64,000 nucleotides of DNA from Clostridia bacterium (GTDB lineage: Bacteria; CBDUZB01; JAGLHV01). Below, one piece after another: positions 51,042 to 60,393 of this stretch. Location of the stretch: assembly GCA_030637025.1 (NCBI GenBank), contig DAOVVV010000009.1, positions 268-64,267 on the forward strand, given 5' to 3'. A program made the position numbers and the translations under genes. Within the stretch, counting starts at the first letter, position 1; every line of letters starts with the position of its first letter. The notes under the pieces are model-generated. The model worked only from the letters and a program-made list of their open reading frames with translations. It ran no database searches and was not told the origin of the DNA.

Positions 51042-51788
51042 TTACCCCTTAAACTCTTTACCCTCTGCTATCTTTATTGCCTCTTCTATTTTTATGTTTT
51101 CAGTATAAAGAGCTTTTCCAATAATTACTCCCGTTACTCCCAAATCTTCCATTTTCTTTATTTTGCTTACGTCTTCTAAACTTGCCATTCCACCGGCAAT
51201 AATTATAGAAATATTCGCTTTTAATTTCTGCAGCGTCTTTTTTATAACTTTAATATTAGGACCTTCCAATGTGCCATCTTTACTTACATCAGTAAAAATT
51301 ATTTCTGAAACCCCTACCTGTATTAACTGCTCAGCTAAAGAAAAAGCTGATTGAGAAGTTATATCCTTCCATCCGCCGATGGCTACTTTTCCATCCTGAG
51401 AATCGATACTAACAATAATTTTTTCTCCAAATTCAGCAACGCTTTTTTCTACCAGATCAGGATTAGAAATTGTTACCGTTCCTAAAATCACCTTATCCAC
51501 ACCCATGGACAAAATTTTTTTAATTGTTTTTAAATCCCTTATTCCTCCTCCTACCTGCATCGGAATAGTAATCTTCTTTCTTATTTCTTTAATAATCTTT
51601 AAATTTTGCATTACACCGGTAAATGCCCCGTCTAAATCCACCACATGCAATCTCTTAGCCCCCTTGACTTGCCAGAGATTAGCCATAAAACAAGGGTCTT
51701 TAGAAAATACAGTTTCGTTTTCCATTTTCCCCTGGGTCAAACGAACACACTGCCCTTTTCTTAAATCTACTGCCGGAATAATCTGCAT
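51042..51788 (-). CDS. hisA: ProFAR isomerase
   Basis: IIPAVDL, CVRLTQG, HVVDLDGA, QVGGGIR, DGTLEG motifs. Confidence 0.96.
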   Translation of the reverse strand: MQIIPAVDLRKGQCVRLTQGKMENETVFSKDPCFMANLWQVKGAKRLHVVDLDGAFTGVMQNLKIIKEIRKKITIPMQVGGGIRDLKTIKKILSMGVDKVILGTVTISNPDLVEKSVAEFGEKIIVSIDSQDGKVAIGGWKDITSQSAFSLAEQLIQVGVSEIIFTDVSKDGTLEGPNIKVIKKTLQKLKANISIIIAGGMASLEDVSKIKKMEDLGVTGVIIGKALYTENIKIEEAIKIAEGKEFKG

Positions 51789-51825
51789 ATATGCTTTTCC
51801 CCTTTTACTAATTTATTTCTTATAT

Positions 51826-52449
51826 TTAAAGCTTCCCTTTGGTCGAAGGAATGCCCTTTATTTTAGGATTATAAGCAACCGCTTTGGACAAAACCCGGCC
51901 AAAAGCTTTAAAAATCGCTTCCAACAAATGATGCATATTGTTGCCGGATCTGATTACTCTAATATGCAAAGAAACCTTTGCATTATCACAAAAAGCTTTA
52001 AAAAATTCTTCTATTAATTGAGGATCGAATTTCATAATCCGTATATTTTCTGATTCATAAAAATCTCTCAAAGAATCTATTACACACCTTGACCTTCCAC
52101 TAATATCTATTACTACCTGTGCTAAAACCTCATCCATCGGCACAAAAGAAGAAGCAAACCGCTCAATCCCTTTTTTATCTCCCAATGCTTTTGCTGCTGC
52201 CTCGCCCAATACTATTCCGATATCTTCTACTGTATGGTGGTCATCTACTTTTATATCCCCTGAAGCTTTAATCTGCAAATCAAACAAGCCATGTTTAGTA
52301 AATAATTCTAACATATGATTGAGAAAATGAATAGGAGTTTCTATTCTGTATTTACCTTCACCATCCAGATTCAGAATTAAATTTATCTGGGTTTCTTTAG
52401 TTATTCTTTTTATTCTTGCCAATCTTTTTGTTTTTGTTTTGCTCACCAT
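51826..52449 (-). CDS. hisB: Imidazoleglycerol-phosphate dehydratase
   Basis: DDHHTVED, NMHHLLEAIFKAF, PSTKG motifs. Confidence 0.97.
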   Translation of the reverse strand: MVSKTKTKRLARIKRITKETQINLILNLDGEGKYRIETPIHFLNHMLELFTKHGLFDLQIKASGDIKVDDHHTVEDIGIVLGEAAAKALGDKKGIERFASSFVPMDEVLAQVVIDISGRSRCVIDSLRDFYESENIRIMKFDPQLIEEFFKAFCDNAKVSLHIRVIRSGNNMHHLLEAIFKAFGRVLSKAVAYNPKIKGIPSTKGKL

Positions 52450-53671
52450 TCCCTCCCTTTGTTTGCTTTGTTTTCAATCTTATCCCCCGCACAGAACCAA
52501 TTAGTCTTTGCTTCACAGAATTCACATGTTCCTTTAATCCTTCCATTTCTGCCAATTTAATGATATCCCGACTGCATCTTTTAAATGCTTCTTCGCTGTA
52601 AAAAATAAGGCTGGTTCTCCTTATAAAATCATACACGGAAAGCCCTGAAGAAAATCTTGCCGTTTTCCCGGTAGGAAGGGTATGGGAAGGGCCCGCAAAA
52701 TAATCCCCCAAAGCTACCGGAGAATAATCACCTAAAAATATTGCCCCTGCATTTTTTATTTTAATCAACATTTTCTCCGGATTTTTAGTTAAAATTTCTA
52801 AATGTTCCGGGGCCTCTTGATTAATAATCTTAATTGCTTCCCCTAAATCTTTTACTTTAAAAAATTTAATTTGTTTTAAATTAAATCCTTTCTTGATTTT
52901 TTTAAGTTTAATTTTTATTTTTTTTATTAAATCCCCGGAAGTAGTGACCAAACCTGCTTTAGCCTTTTGGTCATGTTCCAATTGGGCCAAAAAATCCGAA
53001 ATAATATAATCAATATTTGATGATTGGTCGGCAAGAATCATTACCTCACTGGGCCCGGCCAACATGTCAATTCCTACTTCACCAAAAAGCAATTTTTTAG
53101 CACAGGTTACATAAACATTTCCCGGGCCTACAATTTTATCTACCCTGGGTAAAGTCTTTGTTCCATAAGCAAGTGCAGCAATTGCCGGAACCCCGCCAAC
53201 CCTATAAATTTTATCCACCCCACAAATATCTGCTGCTACTAATACCTCCGAAGTTAAATTATTCGGGGGAGAAACCATAATCACCTGCGTAACCCCGGCA
53301 ACCTTCGCCGGTAAAACATTCATTAATACACATGAGGAATAAGGATATTTTCCTCCGGGAATATAGACTCCCACCCTTTCCAATGGCTGCCAGATGTCCC
53401 CCAAAAGAATTCCTTTTTCATTACTGTACCAGCTTTTTATTTTCTGTTTTTTATGAAAATTTTCAATATTCAACTTTGCTTTTTTCAGCGCTATGACAAA
53501 ATCCTTATCTACTTTCTTATAAGCATTTTCAATTTCTTTCTTTTTCACTAACAATATTTCCGGACGCAGTTTTACCCCATCAAATTTTTGAGTATAAAAA
53601 CAAACCGCTTTATCACCTTTTATTTTCACTTCTTCAATAATTTTTTTAACCTGTCTTTCTATTTTATCCAT
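52397..53671 (-). CDS. hisD: Histidinol dehydrogenase
   Basis: GVYIPGG, IVGPGN, IDMLAGPSE, APEHLE, GDYFAGPSHTLPT motifs. Confidence 0.96.
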   Translation of the reverse strand: MDKIERQVKKIIEEVKIKGDKAVCFYTQKFDGVKLRPEILLVKKKEIENAYKKVDKDFVIALKKAKLNIENFHKKQKIKSWYSNEKGILLGDIWQPLERVGVYIPGGKYPYSSCVLMNVLPAKVAGVTQVIMVSPPNNLTSEVLVAADICGVDKIYRVGGVPAIAALAYGTKTLPRVDKIVGPGNVYVTCAKKLLFGEVGIDMLAGPSEVMILADQSSNIDYIISDFLAQLEHDQKAKAGLVTTSGDLIKKIKIKLKKIKKGFNLKQIKFFKVKDLGEAIKIINQEAPEHLEILTKNPEKMLIKIKNAGAIFLGDYSPVALGDYFAGPSHTLPTGKTARFSSGLSVYDFIRRTSLIFYSEEAFKRCSRDIIKLAEMEGLKEHVNSVKQRLIGSVRGIRLKTKQTKGGNGEQNKNKKIGKNKKNN

Positions 53672-53694
53672 AAAAAAACTCTCTAAATTTTAAT

Positions 53695-53856
53695 TTTTTG
53701 CCTTTATCTTCTTTCTTTAGCTATAAGCCATTTGCCATTCACAGTCTTTTGTCTTTGTCTGTTATCCGTAATCTATGGACTATCGACTGTGGACTGTCTT
53801 TTGTTTTTTTCTTTTAACTAATATAACTAATAAAACCAATCTAAACCAACTAACTG
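53695..53856 (+). repeat. Mosaic spacer: heptamer array 53773-53798, then nonamer array 53816-53856
   Basis: ctatgga ctatcga ctgtgga; aactaatat aactaataa aaccaatct a aaccaact aactg. Confidence 0.88.
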
Positions 53857-55115
53857 TTTTTATCTCCTTCTCTCCTTATTTGAGCTCCCAATTGACTTAA
53901 CTTACTTTCTATTGATTCATATCCCCTATCTAAATGGTAAATATCACTAATAGAGGTTTCTCCCTCAGCAATTAACCCGGCTAAAACTAAAGCTGCAGAA
54001 GCACGTAAATCCGTAGCTCTCACCGGAACCCCGCTTAATTTATGAACCCCATTAATCACCGCTAAATTTCCTCTGACTTGAATATCAGCACCCATCCGCT
54101 GTAATTCCCCTACATGCATGAACCTATTTTCAAAAACAGTTTCAGAAATGATACTTTCACCTGAAATGACACTCATAAAAGCCATCCATTGTGCCTGCAT
54201 ATCCGTAGGAAATCCCGGATAAGGAGAAGTATTAATACCTATTGATTTCAAACCTTCGGGTACGCTTACCTCCATTGTGTTTTTATCAATTTTTATTTCT
54301 ACCCCTGCTTCCTTCGCCCTGGCTATTACTATTTCTAAATGCGTTGGATTTACATTTAATATTTTTACTCTACCCCGCGTAAGTGCTACTGCCAGCAAAT
54401 AAGTTCCCGTTTCAATTCTATCGGGAATTACCGAATGCTCAGTTCCTTTCAACTCCTTTACCCCATGAATTTCTATAATATTTGTTCCTGCATTAAAAAT
54501 CCTCGCCCCCATTTTATTTAAAAAAGAAGCTAAATCTACAATTTCCGGTTCACAAGCTACATTTTCTAAAAGGGTCTTTCCTTTAGCCAAAACAGCAGCC
54601 ATCATCAGATTTTCTGTTGCTCCGACACTGGGAAAATCTAAAAATATTTTTTCTCCTTTAAGCCCTTTTTTAGCCGATAAATGAATAAAACCTTCATGAA
54701 TATTTATCTGTGCACCCAATTTTTTAAATCCATCTAAATGTAAGTTTATCGGCCGGGAACCTATAGCACAACCCCCGGGTAAAGAAACCTTAACCTCTCT
54801 ATAACGGGCTAGAAGCGGTCCCATTACCAAAACAGAGGCTCTCATTCTACTTACCAGGTCATATGGCGCTTCCAAACAAATATTACCTGAAGAAGATATC
54901 CATACGTGATCATTCTCTCTTTTTATTGTTTTCCCTAAATGTGTCAGCAAAGAAATAATAGTCTTTACATCATACAAATGAGGAACACTAGCTACAGAAC
55001 ACAGTTCATCGGTTAATAAAGTAGCCATCAGGATTGGTAAAGAAGCATTTTTTGAACCACTTATTGTTAGGGTTCCTTCTAATTTTTTTCCACCATTAAT
55101 AATTATTTTATTCAT
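53850..55115 (-). CDS. murA: UDP-N-acetylglucosamine 1-carboxyvinyltransferase
   Basis: SGSKNA, MRAS, LPGGCAIG, PGFPTDMQ, DLRA, HLDRGYE motifs. Confidence 0.98.
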   Translation of the reverse strand: MNKIIINGGKKLEGTLTISGSKNASLPILMATLLTDELCSVASVPHLYDVKTIISLLTHLGKTIKRENDHVWISSSGNICLEAPYDLVSRMRASVLVMGPLLARYREVKVSLPGGCAIGSRPINLHLDGFKKLGAQINIHEGFIHLSAKKGLKGEKIFLDFPSVGATENLMMAAVLAKGKTLLENVACEPEIVDLASFLNKMGARIFNAGTNIIEIHGVKELKGTEHSVIPDRIETGTYLLAVALTRGRVKILNVNPTHLEIVIARAKEAGVEIKIDKNTMEVSVPEGLKSIGINTSPYPGFPTDMQAQWMAFMSVISGESIISETVFENRFMHVGELQRMGADIQVRGNLAVINGVHKLSGVPVRATDLRASAALVLAGLIAEGETSISDIYHLDRGYESIESKLSQLGAQIRREGDKNS

Positions 55116-55150
55116 TTTCTTTTTAATGCTTTTTGTTTTTATTTAAAAAA

Positions 55151-56128
55151 TTAATTTATTTTTCCTTTTAATATTTTTTTTTGTGCTAATATTATTCTAT
55201 CTATTCCGGAATAATCCTTAACCACCTGAACAAAACACAAATCTTCCTTTTTTATTAAATCGGTAACTTCTTCCTTTTGTCCATCTCCTATTTCTAAGAT
55301 TAAATATCCCCCTTCTTTAAGATAAATTAATGATTGGGAAATAATTCGATTATAAAAATCTAAACCATCTTTTCCCCCGTTTAAAGCAAGATACGGTTCC
55401 TGCCTAACTTCCAGCGGTAAATTATCAAATTCCGTATCCTTTATATAAGGAGGGTTAGAAACAATAAAGTCTATTTTATTCCTTAAATCATATCCTTCCA
55501 GAGAATAGAATAAATCACCTAATAGAAACGTGATTTTATCCTCAATTTTATTTGTTTTACTATTCTGAAAAGCTACTTCTAAACATTTCCTGCTTACATC
55601 TAGAGCATAAACTTTACAATTTTTAACATATTTAGCAATACTTACTGCAATATTGCCGCACCCAACCCCTAAATCCACTATTTGTGGAATTGTTTCTTCA
55701 ACTATTTTTTCCTCTTCCGTTTTCTTCCCGGCACTACAAAAAAAACCCTCTTTTATTTTATTAATTACTGTTTCCACTAATAATTCTGTTTCCGGACGGG
55801 GAATTAAAACATGTTTATTTACAAAAAAATCCAACCCCATAAATTCTTTTTGCCCAACCAGGTAAGCCACAGGAATAAATTCTAATCTTTTTTTAATTAA
55901 CCTTTTATACCTGTCCAGGACCTCCTTTTCTAAAATACGGTCAAATTCCAAATAAAGTTTTAACCGTTCTAAACTTAAAACAGAAGACAACAAAGCTTCG
56001 GCATCTAAGCGCGCCTCACTAATATTATTTTTACAAAAATATTGAGTAGTCCATTTTAACACTTCGGAAATAGTCCATTCTTTTTCTTTCTCACCTTTTT
56101 TTTCCGGTTTTGCTTTTGCAAGATTCAT
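55151..56128 (-). CDS. prmC: Release factor glutamine methyltransferase
   Basis: [21 protein letters not shown]; follows prfA. Confidence 0.96.
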   Translation of the reverse strand: MNLAKAKPEKKGEKEKEWTISEVLKWTTQYFCKNNISEARLDAEALLSSVLSLERLKLYLEFDRILEKEVLDRYKRLIKKRLEFIPVAYLVGQKEFMGLDFFVNKHVLIPRPETELLVETVINKIKEGFFCSAGKKTEEEKIVEETIPQIVDLGVGCGNIAVSIAKYVKNCKVYALDVSRKCLEVAFQNSKTNKIEDKITFLLGDLFYSLEGYDLRNKIDFIVSNPPYIKDTEFDNLPLEVRQEPYLALNGGKDGLDFYNRIISQSLIYLKEGGYLILEIGDGQKEEVTDLIKKEDLCFVQVVKDYSGIDRIILAQKKILKGKIN

Positions 56129-57192
56129 ACTGTTAATTCCTTATTAAACTCTTTTTGCTGTGCTTCAAAAAGAGCTTTAATTATTGGTTGTAAATTTCCA
56201 TCTAAAACACCCACCAAATTACGCACTGTTAACCCAATACGGTGATCAGAGATTCGGTCTTGCGGAAAATTATAAGTGCGAATTTTTTCGCTTCTATCCC
56301 CGCTCCCTACCTGGGTTTTTCTCTTTTGTGCTATTTCCCGTTCCTGTTTATTAATCATTTTCTCCAGTATTCGGGCACGCAGAATTTTCATAGCCTTTGC
56401 TTTATTTTTATATTGTGAACGTTCATCCTGACATTGTGCTATTATACCTGAAGGAAGATGAGTAATTCTTATTGCCGAAGATGTTTTATTAACATGCTGC
56501 CCTCCCGGGGCAGAAGAACAAAAAGTATCAATTTTAAGATCTTTAGGATTTATATCCAATTCCACTTCTTCGGCTTCCGGTAAAACAGCTACACTAACAG
56601 CTGAAGTATGAATTCTTCCTCCTGATTCAGTTAAAGGAACTCGTTGCACCCGGTGTATTCCCCGTTCATACTTAAGATGCTGATATACATTGCCTCCCCG
56701 AACAGAAAAAATTATTTCTTTAAATCCTTTCAACTCCGTAGCATGGCTGTATAAAATTTCCACAGACCATCCTTTTTGCTCTGCATAACGATTATACATG
56801 CGAAACAAATCCCCGGCAAAAAGACAGGCTTCTTCCCCCCCTGTCCCCGCTCTAATTTCCATAATAATATTTTTGCTATCATAAGGTTCTTTAGGTATCA
56901 ATAAAACATTTAATTCTTCTTCTGTTTTTTTTAAAGTTTCCCTTAATTGTTCTATCTCTTTTTGCGCCAACTCTTTCATTTCTTGATTTTCTTCCGTTCT
57001 CACCATTTCCTCAGTATCGGCAATATTTTTACATATCTTTCTATGTTCCTGAATTTTAAAAAAAATTTTAGACAGTTGAGCATGTTCTTTAGCACATTCT
57101 TTAAATTTATTAGGCTGAGCAATAATATCCGGATTGGACAAACAGCACTCTAACTCTTTATATCTTTCTTCTATCTCTTGCAATTTTTTCAT
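56125..57192 (-). CDS. prfA: Peptide chain release factor 1
   Basis: [18 protein letters not shown] (PxT), [11 protein letters not shown] motifs. Confidence 0.97.
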   Translation of the reverse strand: MKKLQEIEERYKELECCLSNPDIIAQPNKFKECAKEHAQLSKIFFKIQEHRKICKNIADTEEMVRTEENQEMKELAQKEIEQLRETLKKTEEELNVLLIPKEPYDSKNIIMEIRAGTGGEEACLFAGDLFRMYNRYAEQKGWSVEILYSHATELKGFKEIIFSVRGGNVYQHLKYERGIHRVQRVPLTESGGRIHTSAVSVAVLPEAEEVELDINPKDLKIDTFCSSAPGGQHVNKTSSAIRITHLPSGIIAQCQDERSQYKNKAKAMKILRARILEKMINKQEREIAQKRKTQVGSGDRSEKIRTYNFPQDRISDHRIGLTVRNLVGVLDGNLQPIIKALFEAQQKEFNKELTV

Positions 57193-57217
57193 TATAATTT
57201 TTATCCTTAATTCTATC

Positions 57218-58177
57218 CTAATCCTGTTTTTGTCTATTTTGCTCTAAATCCAACACTTCATTCAAGGCCGTTAAAGCTACCTCTATTTGACCGTCATCAG
57301 GAGCAGAAGTAGTTAATTTTTGCAAAAAGAGTCCGGGAAACATAAGAATTTTCACCAGACGATTTGACCTTGCTTTAAACGAATACTTGATAATTTCATA
57401 AGAAATACCGGCAATAAAAGGGATTAAAACCAATCTAATTAATAACTTTTCTAAAAAAGAAGCAGGTGTAAACAAAGAAAAAAGAAAAATACTCATTACC
57501 ATTACGACGATTAAAAAAGCTGTTCCACAACGAGGATGGAGGGTAGAAAATTTTCTTGCTTTTTCTATTGTCAGTTCTTCTTTTGCCTCATAAGTATAAA
57601 CGGCCTTATGCTCTGCCCCATGATATTGAAATACTCTACGTATATCTTTTATGAAAGAAATAGCTACCACATAAATTAAAAAAATACTAATTCGCAAAAA
57701 ACCGTCCATTAAATTAAAGGCAACTTTACTTTCAAACTCAAAAACATTCATTTTTAAATACTGAGTAAGCATTAAAGGCAATATAATAAAAAGAAAAATA
57801 CCAAACAAAAAAGAAAATAAAACTGTTAGAATTAACATAAAAAAAGACAAAGTATTCTTTTTATTTTTTTTGGCATCTTTCTCTTCTGCGGATATTTCTG
57901 TTTCCTCCTTCTCTTCCGTATCACCGGCAAACACATCTGCGGAATAAGTAAGCGTTTTAACTCCAATGACTAAAGATTCTATCAACACTACTATTCCGCG
58001 CAAAAAAGGTAATTTAAAAAAAGACCATTTTTGGGAAAGAGAATTTATCGGCTGTTTATCTACTGTTATTTCTCCATTACTGCGACGTAATGCTACGACA
58101 TAAAAATGGGAAGACCTCATCATAACCCCTTCAATAACCGCCTGTCCGCCTACAGTCATGTTTTCTTTTTTACCCAT
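57218..58177 (-). CDS. DUF1385-family membrane protein
   Basis: [25 protein letters not shown] motifs; usual rpmE-prfA context. Confidence 0.92.
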   Translation of the reverse strand: MGKKENMTVGGQAVIEGVMMRSSHFYVVALRRSNGEITVDKQPINSLSQKWSFFKLPFLRGIVVLIESLVIGVKTLTYSADVFAGDTEEKEETEISAEEKDAKKNKKNTLSFFMLILTVLFSFLFGIFLFIILPLMLTQYLKMNVFEFESKVAFNLMDGFLRISIFLIYVVAISFIKDIRRVFQYHGAEHKAVYTYEAKEELTIEKARKFSTLHPRCGTAFLIVVMVMSIFLFSLFTPASFLEKLLIRLVLIPFIAGISYEIIKYSFKARSNRLVKILMFPGLFLQKLTTSAPDDGQIEVALTALNEVLDLEQNRQKQD

Positions 58178-58222
58178 TCATTCTACCTTCCTTATTATTT
58201 ATATCTCAGAGTAATATTATAT

Positions 58223-58255
58223 AAAAAAAGCAGAACATACAACATGTTCTGCTTT
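58223..58255 (-). terminator. Intrinsic terminator after rpmE
   Basis: gcagaacat-N5-atgttctgc stem followed by 7 T on the minus strand. Confidence 0.8.
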
Positions 58256-58276
58256 CTTCTTCATAATATAATAGCC

Positions 58277-58591
58277 CTACTTCTTTTCTTTTGCCTTAGT
58301 TGTTTTCTTTATTTCTTTTACTTCTTTTTTGACTTTCACTTCCCCTTTAACTTTTTTTACCGTTTTTTTTGTTTCTTTCCTTACTGTTTTTCCTTCGGTA
58401 TTTTTATAACGGGTTTTAAATTTTTCCACCCGTCCTGCTGTATCCACAAATTTCTGTTGTCCTGTATAAAAAGGATGACATTGGGAACAAATATCCAAAC
58501 GGATTTTTGGATTTGTAGACCTGGTCTTAAAACTATGGCCACAGATACAAGTTATTGTTAGTTCCTCATACTTAGGATGTGCTTTTTTCAT
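58277..58591 (-). CDS. rpmE: 50S ribosomal protein L31 (Zn-binding type) with Lys-rich tail
   Basis: [24 protein letters not shown] motifs. Confidence 0.97.
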   Translation of the reverse strand: MKKAHPKYEELTITCICGHSFKTRSTNPKIRLDICSQCHPFYTGQQKFVDTAGRVEKFKTRYKNTEGKTVRKETKKTVKKVKGEVKVKKEVKEIKKTTKAKEKK

Positions 58592-58683
58592 TTTCCACCT
58601 CTTCCTTCATCCGAATACAATAAAATAATTACTGATTACAATTACTTTTTTATTATTTTCGATAAAATTTAAAATTAATTTTT

Positions 58684-59031
58684 TTACACTAAACCTTCTA
58701 ATTCTACTCTTGCTTTTTTAGTACTAATTCTTACTAACCCCAAATTTGCACTATTTCCGGCTATTACTGCTAAAAAGGATTCTTTTATGGAAAGAACAAT
58801 AATAATCCCTTTTTCATATTCTAACATCGACTGAACCAACTTTCCCATTGCTAATCGTTCACCTATAACTTCCGAAGGGCCTGTAGCCCCGGAAAAAACA
58901 GCACCTATCTCTTCTGCATCCATATCTTTAGTAGTCGCACTATCAATAACAAAGCCATCCTTACTTACCAATACTGCCCCCTCCATCCCCGGTGTACGCA
59001 CTAATTCCTCTAAAATATCCTTTATTACCAC
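58684..59031 (-). CDS. Roadblock/LC7 (MglB-like) domain protein
   Basis: GAVLVSKDGFVI, ANLGLVR pattern; 115 aa; GAGGAGG RBS. Confidence 0.85.
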   Translation of the reverse strand: MVIKDILEELVRTPGMEGAVLVSKDGFVIDSATTKDMDAEEIGAVFSGATGPSEVIGERLAMGKLVQSMLEYEKGIIIVLSIKESFLAVIAGNSANLGLVRISTKKARVELEGLV

Positions 59032-59064
59032 TGATACCCCTCCTCTTCTATTTTTATTTGGTAT

Positions 59065-59094
59065 ATTAAAGCATAAAAATATCTATTCTGTCAA
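59065..59094 (-). promoter_or_regulatory. Putative sigma70 promoter of the roadblock-rpmE unit
   Basis: TTGACA-N18-TTTAAT with TG extended -10. Confidence 0.6.
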
Positions 59095-59164
59095 GAGAAA
59101 AACTGTTTTGTATTCTTTTATTATCATACAGGGGACAAACCAAAAATTTGTATAATCAAAATAT

Positions 59165-59290
59165 GAGGCTGTTGCCGAACAAGGCAAAAACTTCCTATTT
59201 CTTTTTCAATGACCCTCCCCACAGTAAGCTACGGGGAATTAGACCCAAAAAGAAATCAAATCATCTCTTTTAATATGGTCAGCAACTGAT
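59165..59290. repeat. Degenerate palindromic element, same family as 2914/3144
   Basis: ccccacagtaagctacggggaattagaccc matches gcagcaagctgagggaattagacac (3144-3168); gaggctgttgc at the left resembles an IS end. Confidence 0.55.
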
Positions 59291-59343
59291 TTATTTTTCT
59301 TCTATGCTCTATTTCTGTCTCACATCGCAAATAGAACACTTTC

Positions 59344-60393
59344 TTATTCATCTTCTAAATAGTTAGACGAAGTAAAATATTCATCTATAATATTAAAAAC
59401 CTTAGAGCGTATTGCTCTCTTTTCATTTACTAAATGATGCCTGGCATTATTAACCATTTTTATTTTTATCGGTTTAATTTTTTTCTTTAGAAAGGGAATA
59501 TTATATTTCCAATCAACAACTTTGTCCAAATCCCCCTGAATCACCAAAACAGGTTTGGTAATGATGGAATAATCTTTTATTTGTTCATTCCACATAAAAA
59601 GAGCTTCTACAAATTTCAAAGATACATGTCTGTCCTGTAATGGATCTTTTTTTACAAATTCAAGAAAATCATCATCAGAGGAATTTTTATTAAATATTCT
59701 GGGAACCCTTCTTAAGAATGGACTAACTACATGGTAAGCACTCCCGGATATCTTCCAATATGAACTACGCACCAGAGGAGCTAAAAAGATGATTTTAGTA
59801 AATATCCCTTCTCCGGTATTATTTAGATAATCAAAGGAAATAGCACTGCCTGTACTATGACTGATCAAATGAAACGGTCTGGGTAAATAATCCTGAGAAA
59901 GGTTAATAAAATCATTTAAAACCGTAACATATTCAGAAAATTTATTGATGGCAACCCGTTCACCGCCGGAAAGGCCGTGCCCGGGTAAATCATAAACTGC
60001 AACCGCTAATTGCTTTTCTAAACAATAAGCAATCAGATTTTTCAACATTCCGGCATGATCATAATAACCATGCAATAAAAATACAGTTCCACGGGCATTA
60101 GGAGGAATAAATACGTGACCGGCAATCATCCGTCCTCCGGAATTAAAAGAGCCGAAAAAATGAGTAATATCTTCATAATGAATGCCATAATACTGAAAAT
60201 AAGCAATCATCGAAGATAAATGCACCGGTTTTTGGGAAAAATCCAGTGATTTCATCTCTTTTTTCACTTGTTCTATCTGTTGCTTAATCTCTTCCTGAGC
60301 CAAGGACAATGATTCTGCAGCTGCAGAATCAGAAACAGTAAAACCTGCTCCTAAAAATATTCCTAATAACAGTAAATTATTAACCTTCTTCAT
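59344..60393 (-). CDS. Secreted alpha/beta hydrolase (lysophospholipase/Hydrolase_4-like)
   Basis: Signal peptide; LLHGYYDH, DLPGHG, SHSTG nucleophile elbow, QGDLDKVV, RHHL. Confidence 0.88.
   Translation of the reverse strand: MKKVNNLLLLGIFLGAGFTVSDSAAAESLSLAQEEIKQQIEQVKKEMKSLDFSQKPVHLSSMIAYFQYYGIHYEDITHFFGSFNSGGRMIAGHVFIPPNARGTVFLLHGYYDHAGMLKNLIAYCLEKQLAVAVYDLPGHGLSGGERVAINKFSEYVTVLNDFINLSQDYLPRPFHLISHSTGSAISFDYLNNTGEGIFTKIIFLAPLVRSSYWKISGSAYHVVSPFLRRVPRIFNKNSSDDDFLEFVKKDPLQDRHVSLKFVEALFMWNEQIKDYSIITKPVLVIQGDLDKVVDWKYNIPFLKKKIKPIKIKMVNNARHHLVNEKRAIRSKVFNIIDEYFTSSNYLEDE

Noticed and set aside
51042-51788. Bifunctional PriA (HisA/TrpF)
   Set aside because: A separate intact trpF is present and nothing visible distinguishes this protein from ordinary HisA.
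50926-53856. TRAP or HutP binding sites (NAG repeats) regulating trp/his
   Set aside because: Periods are 7 and 9 nt with only 3-5 units, whereas TRAP uses about 11 triplets at 5-nt period. The same arrays occur at rmlA.
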